Source of the DNA: an uncultured Candidatus Binatia bacterium
GTDB lineage: Bacteria > Desulfobacterota > Binatia > UBA9968 > CAXXLF01
Direction of reading: 5' to 3'
Length of the DNA: 64,000 nt
Assembly: GCA_965218425.1 (NCBI GenBank)
Contig: OZ244621.1
Location: 3,520,001 to 3,584,000, forward strand
The notes under the pieces were generated by a model that searched no databases, was not told the origin of the DNA, and saw only the letters and a program-made list of their open reading frames with translations. The translations under genes were made by a program, and so were the position numbers. Shown here piece after piece: positions 10,368 to 20,369 of this stretch. Positions within the stretch are counted from its first letter, which is position 1. Every line of letters starts with the position of its first letter.

Positions 10368-10613
10368 GTGCTGGGTCAGGAGTACATTTGTCCTGAGGAA
10401 TTGACATTGCCGCGAGGTTACACCCAGGTGATCAATGCGGGGCGTATAGTATGGATCGCGGGGCAAACGGCTATAGACCGGTATTCCAATGTTGTCGGAA
10501 AAAACGATCCTGAGGCTCAGGCCCGCCAGGCACATGCAAACCTAGAGACGGCAATTCGTGGTGCCGGGGGTGGCCTCAGCGCCTCTTGTCTGTGTCGAGA
10601 ATTTACACATTGA
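10368..10613 (+). pseudogene. Truncated RidA/YjgF family protein
   Basis: GYTQV...VWIAGQTA...DPEAQARQAHANLETAIRGAGG is the N-terminal half of RidA; C-terminal half absent. Confidence 0.75.
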
Positions 10614-11411
10614 GTTTCAAACGCGCCGTGGAATTATCAAGGCTATCCAAGGGGTTGATCTGATCATTTATCCGGGAGAGACCATCGGTATTGTCGGCGA
10701 GACCGGGTCAGGTAAATCGGTGACATCGCTGGCAACGATGCGACTCCTGGACAAAAATAGGACGACGACGCAAGGAAAGATCACTTACCGTGGAGAGGTA
10801 ATTGCTACGCCGGAGAACCAGCCCAAGGGGAAACCGCCGCCTGCCGAGCTTGCCATGATTTTTCAGTATCCGCGTAGCGCGCTCAATCCCATTCGGCCGA
10901 TCGGGAAACAGGTCATCGACGTTCTCAAGACCATGAAACAGGCGTCGCCCGAGGAGATCAAAGAGGAGGCCGTTCAACTGCTCGAAGAGGTGCAATTTGA
11001 AGGTGCAAGACGACGCTTCCTTGCCTATCCCTTTGAGCTCTCCGGCGGGATGTGTCAACGGGTGCTCATTGCAATGGCTCTGGCCCGCAAACCCTCTGTG
11101 CTTTTTGACGACGAACCGACCAGCGCTTTAGATGTGTCGATCCAGGGCGGGGCCCTGCTGCGTCTTGAGAAATTGCGGAAGGAGTTCGATTTAACCTATT
11201 TTTATTTGTCTCCCATGACCTCAGCGTCGTCCGTCTAATGTGTGAGCGTGTTATGGTAATTGAGGCAGGGCGTATTATTGAGGAGGGAAGCGTCAAAGAA
11301 ATCTTTTCCGACCCTAAGCACGAGCACACCCAGAACCTTATCAAGTCTATTCCGCACTTCGATCGCAGATCCGAGCGAAGCGTGGGCAATAAGGAACGTA
11401 AATATGGCTGA
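10580..11411 (+). pseudogene. Oligopeptide/dipeptide ABC ATPase, frameshifted near 11200
   Basis: Walker A GETGSGKS, LSGGMCQR, DEPTSALD; after a frameshift in TATTTTTATTTG another frame continues [18 protein letters not shown]...[14 protein letters not shown] to TGA 11411. Confidence 0.85.
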
Positions 11412-12423
11412 AGGCACGGAATTGAACGCCGTCAGGTCCTCAGGAAACGAGCAGCTGGCCTCGGATGCCGTGGCACTTACCATTCCTGAGCGGCCGGGGC
11501 AGCCGCAGGTCGTTTGTCGGTTGGCGGGGGATGCCTACCTTCTTGTGGAATACGGACCCATGGCTCTCGATCTCAGCTTGAGAATCAGGGTGCACGCCTT
11601 GGAGGATGCGCTGACCGAAATGAAGATTGAGGGGATCTTGGAAACGATACCGGGCGTGCGTTCCCTTCTGATCAAATACGATGGGCTTAGGCTGTCGCTT
11701 GGTCGGCTTCTCGATACTTTGAAATCGGCGGAGAAATATCTGGCGCCGATCGAAGAGACCGAAGTGTCCTCGCGGGTGGTTCACTTGCCCATCGCTTTTC
11801 ATGACCGGTGGACACGAGATGCCATAGCCCAATATATACAAGCGGTAAGGCCTGAAGCGCCTTATTTGCCGGATAATGTCGAGTTTGTAGCTCGTTGCAA
11901 TGCATTGGAAAATACCGAGCAGGTGGCCGAATACCTGCAGAAGACCCAGCTCCTGGTCCTTGGGCTGGGCGATGTATACCTCGGTGCGCCCTGTGCTGTG
12001 CCCATGGATCCCAGGTACCGCCTGGTGGTGCCCAAGTACAACCCGGCCAGGATGTTCACTCCCGAGGGAGCTGTCGGCATCGGCGGATCCTACATTTGCA
12101 TCTATCCCATGGAGTCCCCCGGTGGGTACCAGCTCGTTGGGCGGACCCTGCCGATCTGGAACACCCGGCAGACAACCCCCGCATTTGCCGAAGCGCCGTG
12201 GCTCCTGAGATTTTTCGATCGTATCCAGTTCAAGTCGGTGGGTGAAGCGGAGTTAGAAGAACAGCGGGAGGCGATGCGGCAGGGAACGTACACTCTCCAG
12301 ATCGAGGAGGGTGTATTTAAAATCAAGGACTACAATGCGTTTATTCATTCGGTTCACGGAGAAGCGGAAGAATTCAAGGCCAGGCAACAAGCGGCTGCGC
12401 TGCGCTGGACTGAGGGATACTGA
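11404..12423 (+). CDS. Carboxyltransferase CT-C/D (PxpB/allophanate hydrolase subunit 1-like), urea carboxylase-type
   Basis: [55 protein letters not shown]. Confidence 0.85.
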   Translation: MAEGTELNAVRSSGNEQLASDAVALTIPERPGQPQVVCRLAGDAYLLVEYGPMALDLSLRIRVHALEDALTEMKIEGILETIPGVRSLLIKYDGLRLSLGRLLDTLKSAEKYLAPIEETEVSSRVVHLPIAFHDRWTRDAIAQYIQAVRPEAPYLPDNVEFVARCNALENTEQVAEYLQKTQLLVLGLGDVYLGAPCAVPMDPRYRLVVPKYNPARMFTPEGAVGIGGSYICIYPMESPGGYQLVGRTLPIWNTRQTTPAFAEAPWLLRFFDRIQFKSVGEAELEEQREAMRQGTYTLQIEEGVFKIKDYNAFIHSVHGEAEEFKARQQAAALRWTEGY

Positions 12424-12444
12424 AGGGATGGGAGAGTTTGCGAC

Positions 12445-13434
12445 ATGCTAGAGATCACGAATGGTGGTTTGTATACCACGGTTCAAGATTACCCGGGTCG
12501 GGTCGGGTATTGGAACGTGGGGATACCTCCCTCAGGACCCATGGATATGTTGGCCTTGCGAATTGCGAACAGGCTGGTGGGCAACGGGGACCGCGAAGCG
12601 TGTTTAGAGTTCACCGCCATTGGTCCCAAATTGAGGTTCGGGAAGGACTCGATCGTGGCCTTTACGGGAGCGAAACTCAAAGGAGAATTAAACGGGAAGA
12701 GCATTCCATGGTGGAAAGCCCTCTATGTGGAGCAGGGAAGCGTTTTATCCTTGGGTGCTGTGGAGGGGCTCGGGTTTCGGGCCTATATGGCGGTAGCCGG
12801 CGGATTTGACCTTCCGGATTATCTCGAGAGTAAATCAACTTTTCCCAAAGGGGGATTTGGAGGTTACGAAGGCCGTCCCTTAACCAAAGGAGATGTGATT
12901 CGCCTTAATAGTACAACGCTTGAATCTTCTCGGATGGGAAAACTCGACAGCAGCAAAGTCCCGCAATACCAAACGGAATGGGAGGTGGGAGGAATCCCCG
13001 GACCTCACGCGGCGCCGGATTTTTTTACTGCGGCCGACGAGGAAATGTTTTACAGTTCGACTTGGCGTGTCCATCACAACTCCAATCGACTCGGTTACCG
13101 GCTTGAAGGACCCCATCTTAAATTCACCCGTAAGGACGGAGGGGAAGGGGGGCGCCATCCCTCTAATATCCACGACTGCGCCTATGCTATAGGCACGGTA
13201 AATTTTACCGGCGACATGCCTATCATCTTAACAGTGGATGGTCCTAGCCTGGGTGGGTTCGTTTCCCTGGCCACGATCCCGACTGCTGAATTATGGAAGA
13301 TCGGGCAGGCGAAACTTCATGACCATATCCGTTTTAAAAAAATGACCGTGAAGGAAGCAATAGAGGGCCTTTCCAGACTGGAGCGGCTCCTGGAGGAGAT
13401 TGCACCGACTTCTCAGACTCAATCTGCAAAGTAA
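12445..13434 (+). CDS. Carboxyltransferase CT-A/B (PxpC/allophanate hydrolase subunit 2-like), urea carboxylase-type
   Basis: TTVQDYPGRVGYW.VGIPPSGPMD, SNRLGYRL, DGGEGG.HPSNIHD, FTGDMPIIL..DGPSLGGF. Confidence 0.87.
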   Translation: MLEITNGGLYTTVQDYPGRVGYWNVGIPPSGPMDMLALRIANRLVGNGDREACLEFTAIGPKLRFGKDSIVAFTGAKLKGELNGKSIPWWKALYVEQGSVLSLGAVEGLGFRAYMAVAGGFDLPDYLESKSTFPKGGFGGYEGRPLTKGDVIRLNSTTLESSRMGKLDSSKVPQYQTEWEVGGIPGPHAAPDFFTAADEEMFYSSTWRVHHNSNRLGYRLEGPHLKFTRKDGGEGGRHPSNIHDCAYAIGTVNFTGDMPIILTVDGPSLGGFVSLATIPTAELWKIGQAKLHDHIRFKKMTVKEAIEGLSRLERLLEEIAPTSQTQSAK

Positions 13435-13521
13435 CTGGGTCTACCATCCGAATACGTGGCTCTGTAAGTAGACGAGACCTGAGGATGATGAGTCCATCTT
13501 GTTCTACAGAAGGTGGGCTAC

Positions 13522-13682
13522 GTGTCAGAGCAGATTCCCATAGAGATTCGCGTCAGTGTAGATGTGGGGGCACATAGTCACAACGTGGCTATAGGGTTAT
13601 CAAGTGGGGAGGTGCTGAGGAGTTTCAGATTGCGCACGGGCTGGAGGGTTTTACGTATTTCTTTTCGTGCATTGAGAGGTAA
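13522..13682 (+). mobile_element. IS110-family transposase N-terminal remnant
   Basis: VSVDVGAHSHNVAIGLSSGEVL, then frameshifted EFQIAHGLEGFTYFF; DEDD RuvC-like N-terminus only. Confidence 0.65.
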
Positions 13683-13928
13683 CAGCGAAAGAGAGTGTGT
13701 GTGGGCAGAAATAATTGCGAATTTGGCTTGAGAAGGGGCCCAAAACGACCGTAAAAGGGTATTTTCCGGGCGTTTCAGGTGTCATTTTTGGGCGGGGAAT
13801 TTCCGGCCGATTTGCAGTAGAAGGGCAGGTGGTGTTGGGGGAAGAGAAGTGTGTAGAGTGGCTTAGAGGTTACGTTAATGGATGGGTGGATGTTAAGGAG
13901 ATACCGACTGGAAGAGGCTGATTTTTGT

Positions 13929-14245
13929 CTATAACGCTTTTTTTATCTCTTCTACAGGCTCCTCTTGGACGATGGGCGCTGTCTCGATGTCTTTGATAGT
14001 CTCATCATTACACCAGCGGTATTTCCCGGGCAGACCACGAATTGAAAATGCTCTTTCCAATCTTTTATGATTCTCCGTTGAATTAACCACAAAGAGAATG
14101 AGATCTAACACACCTTCCCGGGAACTCTGAATAATAATTTCATCTAGGAACGATGAAGATACTATCTCCGCATCCGACAAATCGAGTTCTAACCATCCGT
14201 CCTTTGAAAGGGTGGGTCAAAGTTTACTAAAGGCTTTCTCGGGAT
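13929..14245 (-). pseudogene. STAS-like (DUF4325-like) protein remnant
   Basis: LELDLSDAEIVSSSFLDEII motif; in-frame TGA upstream; 5' end cut at the duplicated segment at 14239. Confidence 0.45.
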
Positions 14246-14324
14246 GATTCATCGAACAAGGTCACGATGATGAGGGAACCGCACAAGATCCTTGTGGTCG
14301 ACGACGAGCCCTATCTCCAACAGC
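14239..14324 (+). repeat. 86-bp copy of the 5' end of the REC-PP2C gene (29715..29800)
   Basis: Manual alignment gives 81/86 identical; encodes MMREPHKILVVDDEP. Confidence 0.9.
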
Positions 14325-14339
14325 ACTCGGACCCCACGG

Positions 14340-14420
14340 TCCCGCTGCACCGACATCAGGAGGTCTCCTTCGCCGAGGATGCGGGGTGCGCCCGATCCAA
14401 ACACCGCGCCGGAAACCGGG
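14340..14420 (+). mobile_element. Possible ISAs1 transposase C-terminal remnant
   Basis: LHRHQEVSFAEDAGCARSKHRAGN resembles the ISAs1 LHW.LDV.F.ED..R.R..H...N motif. Confidence 0.4.
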
Positions 14421-14712
14421 AACTCGAGGTCCGATTCCGCCAGCCTGCCGCCGCCATAGAACTGCCGTGTCCGTGTGGGAGCGACCGGCCCGCCAGCGCA
14501 TGCCTCGGGGCAGACGCGATGCACGGTGTCATTTGTCAGGAGCGTTGCGCAGCCCCCTGCATAGGATGCGAGGAACAGGGCGAGAGCCACAGTCCCACAC
14601 TCCGTGGCTAAGTGCCGAGCAATCATAGATTTCTTTTCCCGGTTCTCTTGGTCCGTGATCTGGTACGGGCGGATATCTCCCGCACTGGCAGCCTTCAGGT
14701 TCTTCCTAAATC

Positions 14713-14799
14713 GGCGCCACACTGATCACCAGCAATCTGCCGTTCGACGAATAGACCGAAACCTTCGCCTCCGAACGCCTGACCTGCGCGCTGCTTGAT
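14713..14799 (+). mobile_element. istB: IS21 IstB helper ATPase remnant
   Basis: GATLITSNLPFDE*TETFASERLTCALLD; conserved Trp mutated to TAG. Confidence 0.75.
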
Positions 14800-14827
14800 T
14801 TGAAACACTCAATGAAATAGACACGTC

Positions 14828-15240
14828 GTGGCAAGAAAACCCAGCCTCCATTTTCCCGGCGCCCTTTTTCACGCCGCCTGTCTGCCGACAAGGCAGGTCA
14901 GTCGCGGCAACCAAGGCCGGCTCATCTTCCGCGATGACGACGACCGGGAACGTTACCTTGCGATGCTTCAAGGGCTGCCGACCCGAGTTGGCTGCAAACT
15001 CTACGTTACGTGTAGAGAGACAAGTCGGATACGCCGGATTATGGCGAAGATAGGGGTTGAAGAAGCCGGATACCGATGACAACGCCTGCTCGTGCATGAC
15101 CCAACGCACGTGCGGTGGTGCGCACAGGCTGTGCGGCAAGGGGATCATCACACACGAACTGATAGTGCCGGGTCTTGGTATGAAGCGGGATACCGTGTCC
15201 TTCCGAACGGCGAAGGTATTCGTCAAGGAGAGCCGATGAG
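14828..15240 (+). mobile_element. REP-associated tyrosine transposase (Y1/RAYT-like), internally deleted
   Basis: MARKP..HFPGALFH..SRGN...IFRDDDDRERYL N-terminus joined to C-terminal-like GVEEAGYR/MKRDTVS; HUH core missing. Confidence 0.7.
14877..14897. repeat. 21-bp palindromic insert CCTGTCTGCCGACAAGGCAGG
   Basis: 7-bp stem; removing it restores FHAVSRGN in frame. Confidence 0.7.
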
Positions 15241-15353
15241 GGGTAATCGATTAAGATAGTCAAACCCCGGCGTCGCGAAACATCTGAAGCTGAGTCTGCA
15301 CTGAAACGTCCTGTGCTTACCCGATCCGGCGCGATTAAGTTGGTTTGGTTGAG

Positions 15354-16646
15354 CTACCCCGTATCAGCGTCCAACCGTTTTGCGCATTCTTTCCAGTTCA
15401 CCGAGTTCGCATAGATGTCCTGTATGCCGCCGACGCGAAATCCATTGAATTTTGCATCGCGAACTACATTGGCCGGCTCCCGGCCCTCTTGCAGGTCCCT
15501 TATAGCCTTGACCATGGCTTTCCTCGCCACCACAAGCACGATATCCGAGGACGTCAGGTGCTCCTGAGTCCTGTCTTGAACCGCCCCTTGCCCCTCCACG
15601 GCCACCAAATCCTCCGTCTGAAAGACCACCCCCCCATCGGGGCTCCAGATACCGCTATAGCTTGTCTTATCCATGAGAGTTCGGTCCTGAAGATATCGGT
15701 TCCCTTTGTTCCGCACCGGCTTGTAGTCTACCGTTACCTGATCGGCGCGTCGTTGGAGGAGTTCGGGGTCAACGGGTCCGTTGCGCGAGAGTAGGAAGGT
15801 GTACTTCCAATGGGTCGTGTCATCAATGGGTACATGCCAATTACACATATATCCGTCACCCCCCCAGGAATATCCCGGAAAACATGTCAGATTGGGCAGG
15901 ACGAAATCGTGCACAAGAAAATAATACTTATCCGGCTCAACCTCCGGGCGAATCTTGTAGCAGCGAACGCCGAAACGCTTGAGTTCGGCCTCGATATGCT
16001 CAACCTCTGGTGCTGCACCGCGTCCGGATATTTCAGCGGCCGGCTGGCCTTTGTACCCCACGCCGCCGATGCCGCCGTTTTTAAAATTGAAGTGCAGGAA
16101 ACCAAGGTGGGCGAGGTCGAAATTGCCTTCGTTGGCCTGGAGATAATTGCACTCATGGAAACGCTTTTCCACATAGGTATGGTCATCGGGAGCCATGAGA
16201 AACTCGTAGCCGGTGAACAGAGGCGGTTGGCCCGGTCCCAGGTAGGCAAAGATCACCCCGGCCTTTTCATAGCATGGGTAGGCTGGGTGGCGAATCAACT
16301 GCTTCTGCGGCCCGCCTAGGGGTTCTCCCGGTTGGTCGACGCAGCGACCCGATAAATCATAGAGCCAACCGTGGTAGATGCACCGGATACCCCCATCCTC
16401 CACCCGTCCAAAGCTGAGGTCGGCGCCTCTGTGGGAACAATGGAGCCCCAACAAGCCGGGTTGCCCCTCGTTGTTCCGGAACAGAACGAGTTCTTCACCT
16501 AGGATCTTCACGCTGAGGGGCGAACCTCCGGAAGGCAGTTCCCGGGAGAGCGCAACCGGTTGCCAGTACCGCCTCATGAGCTCGCCACAGGGAGTGCCAA
16601 GTCCGGTTTGAGTCAAAAGTTCATTCTCTGTTTTCTTCATACGCAT
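15354..16646 (-). CDS. Rieske non-heme iron oxygenase alpha subunit
   Basis: CSH...CIYH; GNFDLAHLGFLH; closest in-window paralogue is 48833..50038. Confidence 0.92.
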   Translation of the reverse strand: MRMKKTENELLTQTGLGTPCGELMRRYWQPVALSRELPSGGSPLSVKILGEELVLFRNNEGQPGLLGLHCSHRGADLSFGRVEDGGIRCIYHGWLYDLSGRCVDQPGEPLGGPQKQLIRHPAYPCYEKAGVIFAYLGPGQPPLFTGYEFLMAPDDHTYVEKRFHECNYLQANEGNFDLAHLGFLHFNFKNGGIGGVGYKGQPAAEISGRGAAPEVEHIEAELKRFGVRCYKIRPEVEPDKYYFLVHDFVLPNLTCFPGYSWGGDGYMCNWHVPIDDTTHWKYTFLLSRNGPVDPELLQRRADQVTVDYKPVRNKGNRYLQDRTLMDKTSYSGIWSPDGGVVFQTEDLVAVEGQGAVQDRTQEHLTSSDIVLVVARKAMVKAIRDLQEGREPANVVRDAKFNGFRVGGIQDIYANSVNWKECAKRLDADTG

Positions 16647-16837
16647 GAACCCTAGCTCCAGCCGGTCCCTTGGGCATTGGGCCGTTGGACTGGCTGCTTA
16701 GATTAGGACGAGCCGGAGGGGGCCAGGTGAGAAAGGACGGGGAACTTGGGACATAAAAAGTTCCAACTCTGCCAGATCCAATCTTTGGCTCATTTAACGT
16801 ATCCATTGGAGGATGTCAATAATTGGGGTCAGGTAAC

Positions 16838-17070
16838 ATGAAAAAGGGGTCAAGCTCCGGCAGGATGGCGGTTGTAGCGGCCGTCAAACCTGAAAGGAGC
16901 AGACCCCATGCTTTAGGTCGGGTTAGAATATCACAAACGATACGCCCAGGTAAATGCCATTGACGAGAAAGGGAAACCCCGGGCTCACACTCGACTTTCC
17001 AACGACTTGAGTACAGTGGAGGACTTTTTTCGCTCCCTGAACGAGCCATGCTAAGCGGTAATGCTGGAAA
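16838..17070 (+). mobile_element. IS110/IS1111-family left end and transposase N-terminal remnant
   Basis: AGGAG RBS, ATG 16908, ML*VGLEYHKRYAQVNAIDEKG...RLSND...FFRSLNEPC*AV with two stops. Confidence 0.72.
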
Positions 17071-17135
17071 AAAGGCCATTACAATTAATAGGGCTGTTCA
17101 TTACACAAACAGTTATATGTATCAATTAAAGTGTC

Positions 17136-17401
17136 GAGACCTCTGCATAACACTATAATTTGAAGGGATTGGTCGACAGAAGGGTTTAGGGGAAGGATTT
17201 TCTCGGTCCGTGAAGCGTATAATATCCCGGACACAAGACTCTCGATCTTCTGCCAGTCCAACAAAGCCTGCGTGTCATCAAGCGCTGGCAACGCCGGGTG
17301 CTCTAATTCCGTGGTGGATACATGATGGTTGGGTTGAAAATGGCTTCTGCATACCTCACTCTATCCTATCCGATCACGTCTTGCGGTTATGCAGAGGTCT
17401 C
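17136..17401 (-). mobile_element. MITE / internally deleted IS5-family element (266 bp)
   Basis: Perfect 16-bp TIR GAGACCTCTGCATAAC (17136-17151 / 17386-17401); interior encodes IS5-like N-terminus LDDTQALLDWQKIESLVSGI.YASRT. Confidence 0.85.
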
Positions 17402-17570
17402 TAAGTATCAAAAAAACTCCCGATTTTATTCTGGCGCTTGGAGCTTTGTCATAGCATGTGATCCCCTGTTGACATTCGGAGCTGAACTGTACTATGAGCG
17501 TGCTTCAGCAATCCGATATCCACCGAGTTGGGCAGCATCCGCTATTTAGCTTGAACAAGGAGGTCGTACC

Positions 17571-18650
17571 ATGAAACGAGCGATTTTTTTAATACCTCTT
17601 TTGGTAGCCGTATGGGTCTTGGCTGACGCTGAAGCCGCCGGGCAAGAGGAATGGGAACGAACCCTGGCCGCGGCCAAACGGGAGGGGAAGGTGGCGATCA
17701 CCGGCCCCGGCGGGCCCGAGGCGCGCGAAGCGCTGATCGGGCCGTTCACGAAGAAGTACGGTATTGCCGTCGATTTCATCGGTGGCTCCGGGAGGACAAC
17801 CTCACCCCGCGTGTTAACCGAGCGCAGGGCACGCAGGTTCTTATGGGATGTTTACATCCAGGGCACGACTACGGGTCTGACGACTATGATACCCGCGGGT
17901 GCCTTCGACCCACTGCAGCCTGCGCTTATTCTGCCCGAGGTTATGGACCCCAAGCACTGGCGTGGGGGGAGCCTTGAGTTCGTCGATGACGGCCGTCGTC
18001 TGATGGTAATGACGCCTTCCTATCGAGGCATTCTCTTCGTCAACACTGCAATGACCAACTCCGAGGAGTTCACGTCTTACAAATCCCTCCTGAACCCAAA
18101 GTGGAAGGGCAAGATCATCATCGACGATCCTCGGAAACCCGGCCCGGGCAATGCGACATTCCTGTTCTTTTATTTACATCCCGAATTGGGCATCGACTTT
18201 ATACGGGCCTTCGCGCGCCAGAAGCCTGTAATACTCAAGAACTACCGTCAGGAGGTCGATCTGGTGGCTCAAGGCAAATTTCCGATCCTCCTCGGTGGCT
18301 GGGAGTTGCCCGTTGAGGTCCTGATGAGAAAGGGGTTGCCCATAGCCATTGTGAAGCCTGCCCAACTTCAGGAGGGCTCGGACGTGAGCCCGTCCAACGG
18401 GGCCGTGGCGCTTTACAATAATGCGCCGCATCCCAATGCGGCCAAGGTCTATATCAACTGGCTCCTATCCAAGGAGGGCCAGACGCTGTTCTCGCGGGCG
18501 ATGGGCTATATTAGCGCGCGTCGGGACGTTTCCACGGATCATTCGCCTTGGCGGGTCCCCGCGCCCGGCGCGATTAAAACCTACACGATGGAGGCCATGA
18601 AGGTGAAGAGGGAACTCGTACCCAAGCTGCAGAAAGTGTTTGGCCGTTAA
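17571..18650 (+). CDS. ABC transporter solute-binding protein (same family as 6739..7866)
   Basis: AGGAGG RBS, signal peptide, LLNPKWKGKI, APHPNAAKVYINWLLSKEGQ. Confidence 0.87.
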   Translation: MKRAIFLIPLLVAVWVLADAEAAGQEEWERTLAAAKREGKVAITGPGGPEAREALIGPFTKKYGIAVDFIGGSGRTTSPRVLTERRARRFLWDVYIQGTTTGLTTMIPAGAFDPLQPALILPEVMDPKHWRGGSLEFVDDGRRLMVMTPSYRGILFVNTAMTNSEEFTSYKSLLNPKWKGKIIIDDPRKPGPGNATFLFFYLHPELGIDFIRAFARQKPVILKNYRQEVDLVAQGKFPILLGGWELPVEVLMRKGLPIAIVKPAQLQEGSDVSPSNGAVALYNNAPHPNAAKVYINWLLSKEGQTLFSRAMGYISARRDVSTDHSPWRVPAPGAIKTYTMEAMKVKRELVPKLQKVFGR

Positions 18651-19373
18651 CGGATACAAACGAGCAGATGGATCTCATATGGACCTGAATTCAAAATGAA
18701 GGTTTGGCTTTTCTAACGGGGGTTCCGGACCGCCAGAGCAGTTACAGGCGGAGGGGGGAATCCTGACTCCGGAAGGGGACCTTGGAAGTTCTCCTCCGCA
18801 TTTCATCCTATTTCAACATTCACGGACTCTTACAAGGATCTTATAGATCAGTAATTGGGGCTGTGCACTTGGCTCAAGTTCCGTCAATAAGTTGTGCTCT
18901 CCGAGAATCGCCTCGGCGCTGGGGCGGGCGATCCGGCGTCGATACCCTAGCCGCTCCAGTCCGCTGTAACCCCTCCAGGCGTCCGTCCGTACCTGGCTGC
19001 CGAGTTCAATGGCGCCGGTGACCGCGGGCGCCAGGCTGCCGGCCGTGCGGCGCGGTAACGTGTGCGCGACGGCTCCAAGCTATAACGCGCCGTGTTTGTT
19101 TCCTTAAACCCCCACGGCTTGCTGGAACTATATGAAAGAAATCGAAAACGTCCAGCGGGTGGCTGAGGACACGGCGGAAGAGGTTAAATCTCTCCTGGTG
19201 GAGAATCACATTAATGCGCCAATTTCAGAAATCCATGAGACCACCGCTTTAACAAATATTGAGCAAACTGTGGTAGAGTTAGCAGGACAGGAATCATCAA
19301 TTCCGCGCGCCGGGATAGAATCGTGCAGCAGCGCCGTCATGAACCGCTGTATCGGAAGCCGTCAGCAGATGGT

Positions 19374-19398
19374 GTGGGAGGCGGGCCTGAGGCCCGCC
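19374..19398. repeat. REP-like palindrome GTGGGAGGCGGGCCTGAGGCCCGCC
   Basis: GGCGGGCC-TGA-GGCCCGCC perfect stem preceded by GTGG. Confidence 0.4.
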
Positions 19399-19415
19399 TG
19401 TCCGATCACGAACTC

Positions 19416-20174
19416 ATGAAAGCGTCCGGGTTCTGGTCCGTCCGCCTACGGGTCCTTGCAACCATTCTGCTGCACCTTTCGTTCGCCATGATAGGTTGCG
19501 CCACATCTTCCGAAGTCGAGCTTTTCCGCATTCGGCCTCAACGGCCGGTCCAGCAACTAGAAGCCAAGGCGCGCGTCGCGGTTCCACCAACGGAAAGCGG
19601 AGAGACACTGGGATCCGAACTGGTCGACCTTGCGTCTCTGGACCCGACTCTGCGATTCGACATTCGCTACGTGGGAACGAACAACTTCATGGGAACCCCG
19701 TTCTATCGACAGGCCAAAGCCTATCTCCAGCGGCCGGTGGCCGAAGCCTTGCTCCTGGCTCACAAGCAGTTGCGACAGGAAGGCTTTGGATTGATGATCT
19801 TCGACGCCTACCGCCCCTGGTACATGACCTGGATGTTCTGGGAGGGCACGCCCGAGAGTTTGCGGCGGTTTGTGGCGGACCCGGCCTCTGGGTCCCGGCA
19901 TAATCGAGGCGCATCTGTGGACCTCACCCTGTATCGTCTGGAATCGGGCCGGCCTGCGTCGATGGGGAGCGGCTACGATGAATTCACCGAACGCTCTTAT
20001 CCCGACTACCCGGGCGTAACCCCCAAGGAGCGGGAACACAGGAATCTTCTCAGGAAGACGATGGAAGAGCGGGGATTTACCATCCACCCCTACGAATGGT
20101 GGCACTTCGATTATCGGAACTGGTCCGAGTATCCGATCCTGAATTTGACCTTTGAAGAACTAGAAGGCCCGTAG
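19416..20174 (+). CDS. D-Ala-D-Ala dipeptidase (M15D, VanX/DdpX family), probable lipoprotein
   Basis: FDAYRP, SRHNRGASVDLT, EWWHFDY; ...AMIGC lipobox-like. Confidence 0.9.
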   Translation: MKASGFWSVRLRVLATILLHLSFAMIGCATSSEVELFRIRPQRPVQQLEAKARVAVPPTESGETLGSELVDLASLDPTLRFDIRYVGTNNFMGTPFYRQAKAYLQRPVAEALLLAHKQLRQEGFGLMIFDAYRPWYMTWMFWEGTPESLRRFVADPASGSRHNRGASVDLTLYRLESGRPASMGSGYDEFTERSYPDYPGVTPKEREHRNLLRKTMEERGFTIHPYEWWHFDYRNWSEYPILNLTFEELEGP

Positions 20175-20369
20175 CACCGCAGAAGCCAGTCGACCCGGAT
20201 CCAGTCCTCCGTCCGATACGCTCCATCGCCTCATGGAAGCGATCCCGCTACTCCAGCGCGGTCCCCCTGGTGGTGGGTATTTTTGGGATGAAGAGAGAAT
20301 GAGGCGATTCACCAAGACATCGGTCAAATCGCCTCGTTCTTTCGGGAACCTCCGCCTGGAAGGTTCCGA

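Noticed and set aside
17469..17495. TTGACA...TACTAT promoter before the SBP gene
   Set aside because: 15-nt spacer is suboptimal; not enough support to list
18660..19400. GC-rich intergenic stretch with short ORFs, considered as attC site or small gene
   Set aside because: No convincing paired R/L boxes, no integron integrase and no recognisable protein
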